Source of the DNA: a virus
Direction: 5' to 3' (one strand)
DNA: 64,000 nt
Virus record (IMG/VR): IMGVR_UViG_3300042566_001051
Coordinates: 1-64,000 of that record
Numbering within the stretch: position 1 is the stretch's first letter; each line of letters opens with the position of its first letter. The position numbers were made by a program, and so were the translations under genes. Below, one piece after another: positions 45,332-54,240 of the stretch. The notes beneath the pieces are model-generated. The model had not been told where the DNA came from. It saw only the letters and a program-made list of their open reading frames with translations, and ran no database searches.

Positions 45332-45908
45332 CGGTAGCGCCCCGCTCCTTGCGCACAGCCTCGCGCATTTCCTCCGACTTCTTCATTGCCTGCGCAAACA
45401 TGGCGTCAAGCTCATCCAGCGTTGCCACGCCGCTTGAGTTGTCCTCGGCAATGGCGTCCAGCCCCCACGCCTTGCGCTCGCCTTCCTGTCTGATCTTGAT
45501 GGCCTCAGCCGCCGTCTTCGCCACGCGGGCAACGCCAAGCCCATCCTCGCCCAGCATGTCCTTCAACGTGAATAGCCGGCGATGGTCGCCCCATTCCTCG
45601 CGGTGCTTCTCGATCACGTCGGCGCGCAGATCAACCGACTCTGATTCAGTTAGCGGACTAACTTTCCCGCTAACTTTGCGACTAACTTTCTCGTCAGCCT
45701 TGGCCTGGGCGCGTTCAACAATGGTCTTGAGACTGGCCTTCTTAGCCCATCCTTCCTTGCGGGCGCGCTTGAGAACGGCAACGTCAGAGACGGACAAATT
45801 CATTTCCGTCACGATCCATGTGTAGCCGTCTCGCGGGTCGGTTTCCCACTTGGCGCGAATCCCGGCCCACTCTTCGGGAGACATTCGTTTTTTGGTCGTC
45901 GTGGTCAT
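45312..45908 (-). CDS. Terminase small subunit
   Basis: N-terminal HTH (AVLKRARKEGW), IRQEGERKAWGLD; directly upstream of terL. Confidence 0.8.
   Translation of the reverse strand: MTTTTKKRMSPEEWAGIRAKWETDPRDGYTWIVTEMNLSVSDVAVLKRARKEGWAKKASLKTIVERAQAKADEKVSRKVSGKVSPLTESESVDLRADVIEKHREEWGDHRRLFTLKDMLGEDGLGVARVAKTAAEAIKIRQEGERKAWGLDAIAEDNSSGVATLDELDAMFAQAMKKSEEMREAVRKERGATDGNEAA
45658..45689. repeat. Three CTAACTTT repeats at 12-bp period inside terS (pac-site candidate)
   Basis: 45658, 45670, 45682. Confidence 0.6.
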
Positions 45909-45930
45909 TTCTGCAACCTCTCTCAGATCG

Positions 45931-46548
45931 TCAGATCGTCAGGCTTAGTTGATTCGTGTCGGCGGCGGCGATGGAGCATTCAAGCCGGAACCGCGTCATC
46001 TTTGCCTTGGCGTTCTTGGCGGCATCGGCAGCGCGCCCGATTGATCCGGTCAGCCTGCTACCGGCTTTCATGTCCTCGAATTCAGGGTTGAGCTCAATGA
46101 ACCGTTCCAGGGCGGCGCCGGTCTCGTCAGAAGCAGCGAGCATCGTGGCAATCGCCTCTTCCATTGCCTCCACCTTGTTGTGCAATTTTCGCAAGGTCTC
46201 CATGTCTCGCCGGCGGGCCTTTTCCCACGTATCGAACAGCCACGCGGAGGTTTCGCGCTCCTGGGTCATGCGGGAGCCAGCCTCCCAGTCATCCGAACAG
46301 CCAAAAAGGTAGTCGATTGAAACCTCATACACGCTGGCGGCGCGCACGATCAGCCACAAGGGGACAGAGTTGGTATCGGTTGCCCATTCCACCTTGGAGA
46401 GCTTCGATGGATTCGAGTACCCAAGCCGACGGGCTGCCGCGCTCTGGGACATGTTGCACAGTTCGCGGGCCTCTCTCATCCGGGCGCCGATGGTTTTCAC
46501 CACGGCCGCCTGTTCGATTCGAGTTGATGAAGGTTTCTTCTCTGGCAT
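45931..46548 (-). CDS. XRE-family HTH regulator with coiled coil (late activator candidate)
   Basis: IGARMREARELCNMSQSAAARRLG...YEVSIDYLFG. Confidence 0.8.
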   Translation of the reverse strand: MPEKKPSSTRIEQAAVVKTIGARMREARELCNMSQSAAARRLGYSNPSKLSKVEWATDTNSVPLWLIVRAASVYEVSIDYLFGCSDDWEAGSRMTQERETSAWLFDTWEKARRRDMETLRKLHNKVEAMEEAIATMLAASDETGAALERFIELNPEFEDMKAGSRLTGSIGRAADAAKNAKAKMTRFRLECSIAAADTNQLSLTI

Positions 46549-47003
46549 TAGACCCCCTTGATTTTCCAGCCGCCGCCGTCCTTCTTCGCCAGTTTTTGGC
46601 AGAGGAAGAACCTGAACGGGAACATCCCGGCGGCGATCTTGAGCTTCTGCCAGCCGTCCTCCCGGATGAACCCACCTTTTGTCTCGTGAATCTCGAACTC
46701 TCCGTTGGGCAACATCACAGCGAAGTCCGGCGTATATCGTGTGTCGTCCGCCAACTTGAAGGTGATGGCCTCGTACTTCCACCAGGCGATTTCCCGCCTG
46801 GCCTTGCGCTCTTCCAGCATCCCGGCGTATTCCGCCTCGGTCCTGTTCATTCCTTGGTCGCGCTCGGCGCCAATAGCCACTGGAAGCGGTTGCGCTTTGG
46901 AAACTTCCGGCGCCTTCAATTCCTTCCTGGGCGGATTCGATGCAGCCGCGCGCTCCCGGTGGGCCGCAAGCTGCTCTTCTGACCATCGAACGACGTTACT
47001 CAC
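46548..47003 (-). CDS. PD-(D/E)xK nuclease-like protein (DUF1064-like)
   Basis: RYTPDF...EIHETKG. Confidence 0.75.
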   Translation of the reverse strand: MSNVVRWSEEQLAAHRERAAASNPPRKELKAPEVSKAQPLPVAIGAERDQGMNRTEAEYAGMLEERKARREIAWWKYEAITFKLADDTRYTPDFAVMLPNGEFEIHETKGGFIREDGWQKLKIAAGMFPFRFFLCQKLAKKDGGGWKIKGV

Positions 47004-47223
47004 GGTCAGAGCCCCTCTTTTCAAGCCACGCCTTGCGGCCGGCGAGCACATCATCAGCCGCGATCACCCATTGCTTGCACTCCCTCGGGTAGGTTGCCGA
47101 CATGAATTCGTGCCCGTTTTTCTTCGGTGCGCACAGCCCAAAGCCGAACTTCGCCATGTCCTTGGCGTCCTTCAAGCGGAAGTGGTCGCAATCGACGCAG
47201 CGGACGGACTCGGCTACCGGCAT
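46996..47223 (-). CDS. Small Cys-containing hypothetical protein
   Basis: CVDC..C..C; coupled ORF. Confidence 0.55.
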   Translation of the reverse strand: MPVAESVRCVDCDHFRLKDAKDMAKFGFGLCAPKKNGHEFMSATYPRECKQWVIAADDVLAGRKAWLEKRGSDRE

Positions 47224-47507
47224 CGCGCCCCCAGTTTCTCAATGGTCAGCGCCAACAGATCGAGCTCGTTCAGTCGATAGGTGCGCTCAAACGCCTTCGC
47301 CCCCAGGCCATGAATGCCGGAAGCGCCCTGGTGATGCTCTGGGCACAGCGGAATCGTCAGGAAGTTGCTGGCGCGCTGACCCATGCCTTGCCCTTCCCGG
47401 ATGTGATGAACATGGGCCGGCGTGGCGCCAAGGCCAAGGTGATGGCACAGAATGCAGCCAACCTCGGCGACTTTGCCCATATGGCGCTTCTCGGCGGCCG
47501 TGCTCAC
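47214..47507 (-). CDS. Ref/DUF968-like HNH-type nuclease
   Basis: GCILC...HVHH...TIPLCPEHH...GIH. Confidence 0.8.
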   Translation of the reverse strand: MSTAAEKRHMGKVAEVGCILCHHLGLGATPAHVHHIREGQGMGQRASNFLTIPLCPEHHQGASGIHGLGAKAFERTYRLNELDLLALTIEKLGARCR

Positions 47508-47980
47508 GAGTCGAACCTCATCAGCTCATCGACAACGCGCTCAACCTCAGACTCGGTCTCATACCCGGCATTGCGCAGCACTCGGTTCCAGACCACATTC
47601 AGCACGGCCCGGAAAACCTTCTCGAAACGATCCTCGGCCATGCTGGCAAAGGACAGGCTTTCCGCCTCAAGCCTCACCTCTCCGCGAGCGTTATAGACGG
47701 CCTTGTAGAAGCCAGCCAGGATGGTCATGTCCTTGCGGAACCGGTCAAAATCCTTGGATACCGCCTTGCCCTTGTAGGTCTGTGGCGTCTCAGGCTCCCA
47801 AACATCGAAGGCCAGCTTGAACAGGGCAAACGCCTTGCGGTGGAAGCGCACATTCCGGGCGCGCTTGATGGTGGCGCGGACACCTTGACCGGCTTTCAGC
47901 TTCTCCACCAACGCGCGGGCTTCCTCGTCTGCCGGCGCCAGGGCTCCGCCCGGGGTCTTGACCAGAACCAACTCAGTCAT
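47504..47980 (-). CDS. DUF1367 (NinB-like) protein
   Basis: RNVRFHRKAFAL...FDRFRKD.TILAGF...SLSFASM. Confidence 0.85.
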   Translation of the reverse strand: MTELVLVKTPGGALAPADEEARALVEKLKAGQGVRATIKRARNVRFHRKAFALFKLAFDVWEPETPQTYKGKAVSKDFDRFRKDMTILAGFYKAVYNARGEVRLEAESLSFASMAEDRFEKVFRAVLNVVWNRVLRNAGYETESEVERVVDELMRFDS

Positions 47981-48759
47981 GCAGCAGCCTTCCCCCGGTA
48001 GCTTTCCCAGTCGAAGACGATTGACTCTCCGCCATCCTCGCGCAAACGGTCGAAAATGCGCTCACCAAGGAAGGCGCGAACATCGTCAAGCCCAAGGTTC
48101 GAAAGCATCAGCGTCGGGCGGCGCTTCTCATACCTCTCGTTCAGCACGTCGAACAGGATCAGCTTTTCGGTATCGCTTCCGAACTGGACGCCAACCTCAT
48201 CCAGAATCAGCAGATCGGGGAAGACCAGGGCGGCAATGGCGTCTGTCTCGCTCTCGCGGCTGTCACGGCTCCATGTGTCCTTTACCCTGCGAATGGCGCG
48301 CATCACCGTCGTGAAAAGAACGCTCCGGTTATCGCGCTGCATGATCTGCATGCCGATGCCGACGGCCAGGTGCGTCTTGCCAGTTCCGGGCTTTCCGAGA
48401 AACAGGGCGCTTCGCCCTGTCTTCAGCGCAGCATCGAAGTTATCGGCGTACCCCTTGGCGAATTCGAGTGCATTGCCCTGGGCGCCGGTCTTGACGACAA
48501 ACCTGGACAGGCTTCGATCACGGAACCGCTCAGGGATTCCAGCGTCGCCGATCTTGCGCTGCCACGCCTGCAAACGGCTCTCGCGCTCCCGCGTTTCAGC
48601 CTCGGAACGTTCTTTTGCGGCCGTCTCGGCGCCGCATGCCGGGCACCTCGACCAGATCGAGCCGATGAAGCACCGGCTTTCGTAGGCGCCGTGCGTTTCG
48701 CACACAGCGGGCTTGGTTTTCGGCTCGGCATGGAGCCCGATGTCAGCAATGGCCTTCAT
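47977..48759 (-). CDS. DnaC/IstB-like helicase loader ATPase
   Basis: GKPGTGKTHLA, LLILDEVG, RIFDRL. Confidence 0.93.
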   Translation of the reverse strand: MKAIADIGLHAEPKTKPAVCETHGAYESRCFIGSIWSRCPACGAETAAKERSEAETRERESRLQAWQRKIGDAGIPERFRDRSLSRFVVKTGAQGNALEFAKGYADNFDAALKTGRSALFLGKPGTGKTHLAVGIGMQIMQRDNRSVLFTTVMRAIRRVKDTWSRDSRESETDAIAALVFPDLLILDEVGVQFGSDTEKLILFDVLNERYEKRRPTLMLSNLGLDDVRAFLGERIFDRLREDGGESIVFDWESYRGKAAA

Positions 48760-49637
48760 AGCCTTCCCCCAGTCCCGTAATTCACGTTGTCGAAGTTGTC
48801 TCGCGGCGGAATCTTGGCTGCCGGGCGCGCGCCCTTGGCCTGCCCGCTGGCGTTGGAGCGGCGAATCCAGTTGCGCCAGGTGGCCTCCCAGTCGGCCTTG
48901 CGCGCATCGGCTCCGGCCTTGCCGTGCCAGTGGTCAGCAAAGCAGGCGGCTTCACGGCGCACGTCGTCAGCAGTCAGGTCGTTGCGCTCGGCAAGCGCCC
49001 ATTCTCCCCAAGCCTTCGGCAAAACCCAGCCTTCAGGCAAACGAGTGCCGGTAGGCGAGGCCTTTGGTTTCGGCGTAGCCGGAGGCGGAGCATCGCCGTC
49101 CTGCGACGGCGCCAAAGCTTGTTCCTGTTCCTGCTTCTGTTCCTGCTTCTGTTCCTGCTTCTGTTCCTGCTTCTGGCTTGGCAGGGGCTTAGAAGGGGCT
49201 TCAGAGGGGCTATCGCATTCCCCGCTTTCAGGGAGGTGGTAGGCGTCGCGGTATTTCGCATAAAAGCCTTGTTTTATCGGGCCTTCAGGCAGGTTTTCAT
49301 ACTGCTTTTGGATGTCTTTGACGCGGTTGTCAGACGCCTTCAGCGAGTCACCGATCTGGAATTTCGCCATTTCGTGAATCCAGACCGTTTCGGAGTCCTC
49401 GTCATAGGTGCAAAAACCCCCTTCGATCAGCTTTTTAAGCCCCTCATAAGCCCCTTCCAAGGGGCTTCCTGTCTCGTGAGAAATGTAGATAACAGGGCAG
49501 TTGAAGACCCCGATCATGTTTGAATGGGGGCTTGTCATCAGATACAGGGCAACGATCTGTGTTTGCATGTCGCCACGCAAAGAGCGGCCCGTTTTTCCAG
49601 TCCAGAACTGGGCAGAAACCTTCGAATAGTCACGCAT
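48756..49637 (-). CDS. Phage replication initiator
   Basis: MRDYSKV...LYLMTSPHSNMIG N-terminus, QKQE linker, DWEATWRNW C-terminus; upstream of the DnaC-like gene. Confidence 0.85.
   Translation of the reverse strand: MRDYSKVSAQFWTGKTGRSLRGDMQTQIVALYLMTSPHSNMIGVFNCPVIYISHETGSPLEGAYEGLKKLIEGGFCTYDEDSETVWIHEMAKFQIGDSLKASDNRVKDIQKQYENLPEGPIKQGFYAKYRDAYHLPESGECDSPSEAPSKPLPSQKQEQKQEQKQEQKQEQEQALAPSQDGDAPPPATPKPKASPTGTRLPEGWVLPKAWGEWALAERNDLTADDVRREAACFADHWHGKAGADARKADWEATWRNWIRRSNASGQAKGARPAAKIPPRDNFDNVNYGTGGRL
49128..49215. repeat. 12-bp tandem repeat x4 (49128-49175) plus AGGGGCT iteron-like repeats; probable origin
   Basis: TTCCTGCTTCTG x4; AGGGGCT x3 at 49183-49211, with further copies near 49437-49468. 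Confidence 0.7.
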
Positions 49638-49890
49638 TCTTGGCGCCCTTCCTCGTGTTGCAGACGGTGCATAGAACGCGCAAATTCGACCTGTCGTTTG
49701 TTCCACCATTGGACTTTGGAACAATGTGATCGATGCTCAGATACACGCCTTCGGCGTGCGTGTAGTAGCCGTAGCCGCCCCTTGGAAACCGCTTCTCGAA
49801 GCCAGGAACTCCGCATGACGCGCACTTGAGCCCATCCTCGCGGAAAACACGCCTCCTGAGTGATGTCGGGACGCCAGAACCGTTAGGCAT
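49630..49890 (-). CDS. Small HNH endonuclease
   Basis: CASCG...IDHIVPKSNGGTNDRSNLRVLCTVCNTRKG. Confidence 0.88.
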   Translation of the reverse strand: MPNGSGVPTSLRRRVFREDGLKCASCGVPGFEKRFPRGGYGYYTHAEGVYLSIDHIVPKSNGGTNDRSNLRVLCTVCNTRKGAKNA

Positions 49891-49932
49891 AGCTCCCCCT
49901 TGTTGATCTGTTTTTCATGTTTTCTCCATCGC

Positions 49933-50178
49933 CTACTGAATCAGGGTGGCTTGCATTGCCGCCTCTTTGTTCTTCGCGTCCAGCTTGTACCGCGCAACCC
50001 GGCATTCCTCCCCGAAGCGGTTGTTCACCGCAACCAGTTCCCGGACGATTTCATGGCCCTGGGCCTTCAGATCGAAAACGCGAGCGCCAAGGCGGTAAAT
50101 GCCAAGTTCGCTCCAGGCTTCCATCGGGGTGATTGGCCCGCGCTTCAGGCGGGCAAGGAGGCGGTCGCACTGGCTCAT
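49933..50178 (-). CDS. Small winged-HTH protein
   Basis: ITPMEAWSELGIYRLGARVFDLK. Confidence 0.8.
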   Translation of the reverse strand: MSQCDRLLARLKRGPITPMEAWSELGIYRLGARVFDLKAQGHEIVRELVAVNNRFGEECRVARYKLDAKNKEAAMQATLIQ

Positions 50179-50182
50179 GGCG

Positions 50183-50644
50183 TTACCCGCGAATGGCTTG
50201 CAACAGTTCGCCGGTCGCCTTCATGAGAGACAGCAACATTGGTTCGAGCATCTTTCGCTCGTCCGGGTCAAAGCGACCATCCTTGGCGGCGTCACTGCCC
50301 TTGCCAAGAACGTCGCCGACGGTGTGCATCAGCGTCAGGAACAGCCGGACGGCTTCCGCCGGAGAGCGCTGCTCAAGCTCAAAATCCATCGGAACCTGTC
50401 CGACAAGCTGGGCCAGGGCGAACACTGAGCGCTTGGCCTGAGCCAATACGACTATCTCCAAGATGGCAGAAAACGATGGTGGCGGCGCATCATGGTCGGG
50501 GTTGATGCCGTTCGATAGCGTGTTGCCATTCACCCCCATGACTTCGGCGATGGCCTTCACGCCGCCTGGGTATTCCTTTGAATCGGCCTGAAGCGCCAGG
50601 AAGAGCGCCCGATGTGTCTGCTTGGTCGGTCTTGTATGTCTCAT
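50183..50644 (-). CDS. Phage regulatory CII-family protein
   Basis: YPGGVKAIAEVMG...LSNGINP; downstream of cro. Confidence 0.75.
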   Translation of the reverse strand: MRHTRPTKQTHRALFLALQADSKEYPGGVKAIAEVMGVNGNTLSNGINPDHDAPPPSFSAILEIVVLAQAKRSVFALAQLVGQVPMDFELEQRSPAEAVRLFLTLMHTVGDVLGKGSDAAKDGRFDPDERKMLEPMLLSLMKATGELLQAIRG

Positions 50645-50708
50645 GACGAATGCCTTTCAAAAGTCGCCTATCGCCGAACCGGCGCCGGGCAGATACTTGT
50701 TTCACGCC

Positions 50709-50743
50709 AAAAAAATGGCGCCAGGCCGGAGAGGCCCAGCGCC
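50709..50743 (-). terminator. tR1-like intrinsic terminator between cro and cII
   Basis: GGCGCTGGGCC-TCTCC-GGCCTGGCGCC followed by ATTTTTTT. Confidence 0.65.
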
Positions 50744-50780
50744 GCAAACCGCCTAATGGCGATGGAGGAAAAGGAAATGG

Positions 50781-51014
50781 TCATACCGATGTCTCGCCAG
50801 ACCCGCCTTCTGCGACATAGATGTCGTCAAAGGACACCGAGACACCACGCTCCTGGGCAGCCGCGATGATGCGGCGCGCCACGTCGGGAGAAACGTCCTG
50901 GCGCTGGCACTCGTAGTGGCTGATGTTGCCCTGCGATACGCCGATAGCCTCGGCGAATGACGCCTGAGACAGCCCAAGTCGCTCCCGAACTTGCTTGATG
51001 TTGTTCGTTCTCAT
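50781..51014 (-). CDS. cro: Cro-like repressor
   Basis: 77-aa XRE HTH divergent from cI. Confidence 0.85.
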   Translation of the reverse strand: MRTNNIKQVRERLGLSQASFAEAIGVSQGNISHYECQRQDVSPDVARRIIAAAQERGVSVSFDDIYVAEGGSGETSV

Positions 51015-51020
51015 GCCGCG

Positions 51021-51090
51021 ATATTAGTCGGACTGTTGCGCCTCGTCAATAGTCGGACTGTTTTGTAATTATTAGCCTGCGTAATAACCT
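51021..51090. promoter_or_regulatory. OR/PR/PRM-like switch
   Basis: TAGTCGGACTGTT at 51025 and 51050; PR TTGACG-N17-TAATAT (- strand); TAACCT 6 nt before the cI ATG (leaderless). Confidence 0.85.
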
Positions 51091-51096
51091 ACTGAC

Positions 51097-51990
51097 ATGC
51101 CAGCCAAACCACTCACGCCAGAGCAACAGGGTGACGCACAGCGCCTCATGGCCATCTTCGAAGAGCACAAGACCAAGCACGGCCTGACGCAGGCAACGCT
51201 TGCGGATGACCTTGGCTACTCGGTGCAAAGCTCTGTCAGCCAGTACCTGAAAGGAAAAATCCCGCTGAACGTTGAAGCGGCGGTGAAATTTGCAGGCCGT
51301 TTCGGGTGCGCAGTTTCTGAGTTCAGTCCATCAATTCAAAAAGAAATTGACAGGATTGCCGGTTTTTCAACCAAGTCAGGAGACGCAGGGAGGCGCAAAT
51401 TGACTGATTTTGAGAAAGAAAAAGAAAACGCAACCAAACTAAATCAGCAAATTGAAAATGATCGCCGCGCCATTGATGAGTATCTTGTGGCCGGCATGCC
51501 GGACGCTAAATTGATAGATGGTGAATTTAGCGTTGTTTCGGCGAACGATGATTTTGTTAGGTTTGAAATCTACGACGTGAGAATGTCAGCAGGGCCTGGC
51601 GCAGAGCAGGTAGCTCACCCTGATATGGTTGAGTACCTACCGGTTTTGAAAGAATGGGCGAACGAGAACCTTGGCACTACCGATCACAATCGGATAAAGC
51701 TGGTAACGTGCTCAGGGGTAAGCATGCAGCCAACAATTGACGACGGATCGCTGATGTTTGTTGATGTCACTGTCAAAAACTACCGTGGCGACGGGCTGTA
51801 TTGCCTTGCATTTAGAGACGGGCTGATCGTGAAAAGGCTGGTTGCCGACGTGAAAAGCCGTCGAATTCGCCTTGTCTCGGACAACCCTGATAAGACGAAT
51901 TATCAAGATCAAATCATTGAGCCTGACGAAGAGGATAGACTCACGATTATTGGTCAGGTGAAGAGGTGGTTCAAAACATGCAAGCCATGA
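51097..51990 (+). CDS. cI: CI-like repressor (HTH plus S24 peptidase)
   Basis: HTH (LTQATLADDLG...VSQYLKG), SAGPG cleavage site, GVSMQP, IVKRL. Confidence 0.95.
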   Translation: MPAKPLTPEQQGDAQRLMAIFEEHKTKHGLTQATLADDLGYSVQSSVSQYLKGKIPLNVEAAVKFAGRFGCAVSEFSPSIQKEIDRIAGFSTKSGDAGRRKLTDFEKEKENATKLNQQIENDRRAIDEYLVAGMPDAKLIDGEFSVVSANDDFVRFEIYDVRMSAGPGAEQVAHPDMVEYLPVLKEWANENLGTTDHNRIKLVTCSGVSMQPTIDDGSLMFVDVTVKNYRGDGLYCLAFRDGLIVKRLVADVKSRRIRLVSDNPDKTNYQDQIIEPDEEDRLTIIGQVKRWFKTCKP

Positions 51991-52745
51991 AAATAGCTGG
52001 TTTTTTGGCATTGATAACGGCAGCCGTCCCGTCGGTTGCTTTTGCCGATATTGGCGGCACATATTCAAAGAAAAACTCTATTGCTGAAATAAAGCAGCAG
52101 GGAAAATCTGTTGAGTTCTCAATCAATTCGTCAGCCAACCAAGGCGCCTGCGAATTAGAGGGTGTGGCGGCGATGATCGACGAAAACCGTGCCGCCTACA
52201 CATCGGGAGAAGGTTCCGACAAATGCGTTGCCGTACTTAATTTTTCAGGCGGTCAGCTTGTCGTGACAACCAAGGGGTGCGAAGGCTATTGCGGATTGAA
52301 TGCGGCCGGATCAATGGACGGAACATACAAGACGAGCAAGGGCGCAAATTCGGCGCCTCAAGGGGCCCTCGTGAGTGACGATAAGGCTTTTGCTATCGCT
52401 GGAGATATGTACAAGGCGTACCGATATGGCGGAGCAAGCGAGATGCTTGCAATTGAGAATTCATGCTGGAGCGCCCTTCACAAGCAAGGCAAGAAGAACG
52501 AGGCTGGCGCCGCCTCTTGTTCGGTTGCTGGGCTTTCAGGCGCCTTCGTAGAAGGAACCATTGCCAGAAGCCAGCGCAGGTCTCCAACCCCGATCTACAG
52601 CGGTGATGGGGTAAGAGGGAGAATACTGAAGAACATGGCTAAGGCTGGAATCGACGAGGCCCAGGCGCAACAGATTCTCGAAACATCGGTTCAGACAAAG
52701 CAAGGATCGATACTCTCCGGGCTATCAGCCGCTGGGATGCGGTAA
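51987..52745 (+). CDS. Exported/periplasmic protein co-transcribed with cI
   Basis: Signal peptide MKIAGFLALITAAVPSVAFA; six Cys; ATGA overlap with cI. Confidence 0.75.
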   Translation: MKIAGFLALITAAVPSVAFADIGGTYSKKNSIAEIKQQGKSVEFSINSSANQGACELEGVAAMIDENRAAYTSGEGSDKCVAVLNFSGGQLVVTTKGCEGYCGLNAAGSMDGTYKTSKGANSAPQGALVSDDKAFAIAGDMYKAYRYGGASEMLAIENSCWSALHKQGKKNEAGAASCSVAGLSGAFVEGTIARSQRRSPTPIYSGDGVRGRILKNMAKAGIDEAQAQQILETSVQTKQGSILSGLSAAGMR

Positions 52746-52768
52746 CAGAACGTAGCGAACAAACAACG

Positions 52769-52793
52769 ACCCACCAATCGGTGGGTTTTTTTT
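52769..52793 (+). terminator. Rho-independent terminator of the cI operon
   Basis: ACCCACC-AATC-GGTGGGT plus T run. Confidence 0.85.
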
Positions 52794-52805
52794 GGCCTAA
52801 ATAAT

Positions 52806-52845
52806 TAGTCGGACTGTTGACAGCATGAAACAGTCCGACTAATAT
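52806..52845 (+). promoter_or_regulatory. OL/PL-like promoter
   Basis: Operators at 52806-52818 and, inverted, 52829-52841; TTGACA-N17-TAATAT. Confidence 0.9.
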
Positions 52846-52890
52846 CCAGTCTCAGAAACAAGCAACGTCAGGCAACGCCCGGCGGCGCAA

Positions 52891-52938
52891 CGCTCCTTAA
52901 CAACACGTTGGATGAATAGAGGCTAGGCCCGCAAGGGC
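52891..52938 (+). promoter_or_regulatory. nut-like antitermination site
   Basis: boxA-like CGCTCCTTAACAA, then GCCC-GCAA-GGGC hairpin. Confidence 0.5.
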
Positions 52939-53453
52939 GACAACCTCCTGCGCCGTGGCGCGTGCCGCAGAAGTAAAAGCACGCGAAATCCGAGGCTCCC
53001 TGGGGGAGTGGCCCGTGGGGCTGCGATGAAACCAAAGACTCGGTCGAAAGACGCCCATCCGGAGGTGGCGAGGTAACACCGGGCACCAAAGCGGCTTTTA
53101 ACAAGGCTGCTTTGGCGGCTGACCAGAGGGCCGACACAAATTCTCTGGAGGTCTGGCGGTTTCCAAAACTAACGCCCGAAGCATGAGAGCAAGCCGGAAG
53201 GACAGACCCTGGAATTCGTAGGCCAGCCGCAGAAGTCATGCGGTGAAACGCTGACGAACCGCGATCTACAGACGCAATCAGGAACCACCTTCCGCCGGTG
53301 CTCGCATTCGACACATGCCGCAACGATGGACGAAAGATTCGTGACAGCCCGGAGAGACGGGCACTAATCCCCCCCCAACGTAGCCGGAAACGTCCTCCCT
53401 TCCTCGCGCCCGCCGAGGCTTCCGGCAGCGGGCACTTTTACAAGGAGGCAACC

Positions 53454-53714
53454 ATGCCGCAAGCAATCGATTACGGAGTCATGTCGGACGATGAGCAAGT
53501 AGGCCGCTTGTCTCCGAAAGACTTGGAAATGTGCGGGGTGGCGATGAAGCCATTCCGCGTCAAGGTCTATCGCCGCACGCCGGCAGGCCGTCAGGTTGAG
53601 CGAATCGGCGTTCTGGCTACATCGGGCTGCGATGCAATCCTCCGCGCCTTCGAGATTTTCGGCGACGGCGACGCAGTAGGCGCTTTCGCACAACCAGCCG
53701 GGAGCGTGCAATGA
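53454..53714 (+). CDS. Hypothetical early protein
   Basis: AAGGAGG RBS. Confidence 0.65.
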   Translation: MPQAIDYGVMSDDEQVGRLSPKDLEMCGVAMKPFRVKVYRRTPAGRQVERIGVLATSGCDAILRAFEIFGDGDAVGAFAQPAGSVQ

Positions 53715-53800
53715 AAAAGCTCCTATCTGATTTTCTGTACTACCTCAAACGCGGGCATTCGATTCAAAACGCCTGGCGCCTTGCGAGGCTGACTCTATGA
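53711..53800 (+). CDS. 29-aa early peptide (not in the ORF track)
   Basis: MKKLLSDFLYYLKRGHSIQNAWRLARLTL; ATGA overlaps on both sides. Confidence 0.6.
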   Translation: MKKLLSDFLYYLKRGHSIQNAWRLARLTL

Positions 53801-54033
53801 GCCGCACCGCGATTCATTTCCTCTGGCTGTTCGCCCTGGTCAATGCCGGGCCGGCGCTATACCTGATTGGCCGCAGCGATGGCAAAGAGGTTGCACAGCG
53901 CAGTTGCCCGCCTGCCCAGCAAGGCGAAAAGCTCTTGAGTACCGTTCAAAACCTGGACGGAACAGTCTGGTGCTCCTACGCGGAAAGCGGAACCGGATAC
54001 GGACGAGCGATCACCCGAAGGAAGGCGTCATGA
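53797..54033 (+). CDS. Small membrane-anchored hypothetical protein
   Basis: N-terminal hydrophobic helix; coupled ORF. Confidence 0.6.
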   Translation: MSRTAIHFLWLFALVNAGPALYLIGRSDGKEVAQRSCPPAQQGEKLLSTVQNLDGTVWCSYAESGTGYGRAITRRKAS

Positions 54034-54230
54034 GCCCATGTCAGTGCGCAGCCTATCCATTCCCTCATCGGCCAGATGGCGGCAAATGCATCAACCCCGG
54101 CACAGAACCGCGCTCATGCGGCGATTGCCATTACAGCCAGCGGCTTGTTGATCCCTACGGAACCGGCGACCGCTGGTATTCGATCACCGAGTGCACGGCA
54201 GACGACGGATGCCCTTGGGGCAAAGACTGA
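54030..54230 (+). CDS. Small Cys-rich hypothetical protein
   Basis: CQCAAYPFPHR..GGKC; ATGA overlap. Confidence 0.6.
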   Translation: MSPCQCAAYPFPHRPDGGKCINPGTEPRSCGDCHYSQRLVDPYGTGDRWYSITECTADDGCPWGKD

Positions 54231-54240
54231 AAGGAAGACC

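Noticed and set aside
45923-45942. TCAGATCG tandem duplication upstream of terS as a P1-type Dam-controlled pac site
   Set aside because: Only two GATC copies; more likely a small slippage duplication.
47977-48759. IstB-like ATPase as an IS21 element
   Set aside because: No IstA or terminal repeats; it follows a replication initiator.
53240-53262. Hammerhead-like core GCGGT-GAAA-cg-CTGACGA-ACCGC
   Set aside because: Only 2 nt between GAAA and CUGACGA, so stems I and III and the cleavage site are missing.
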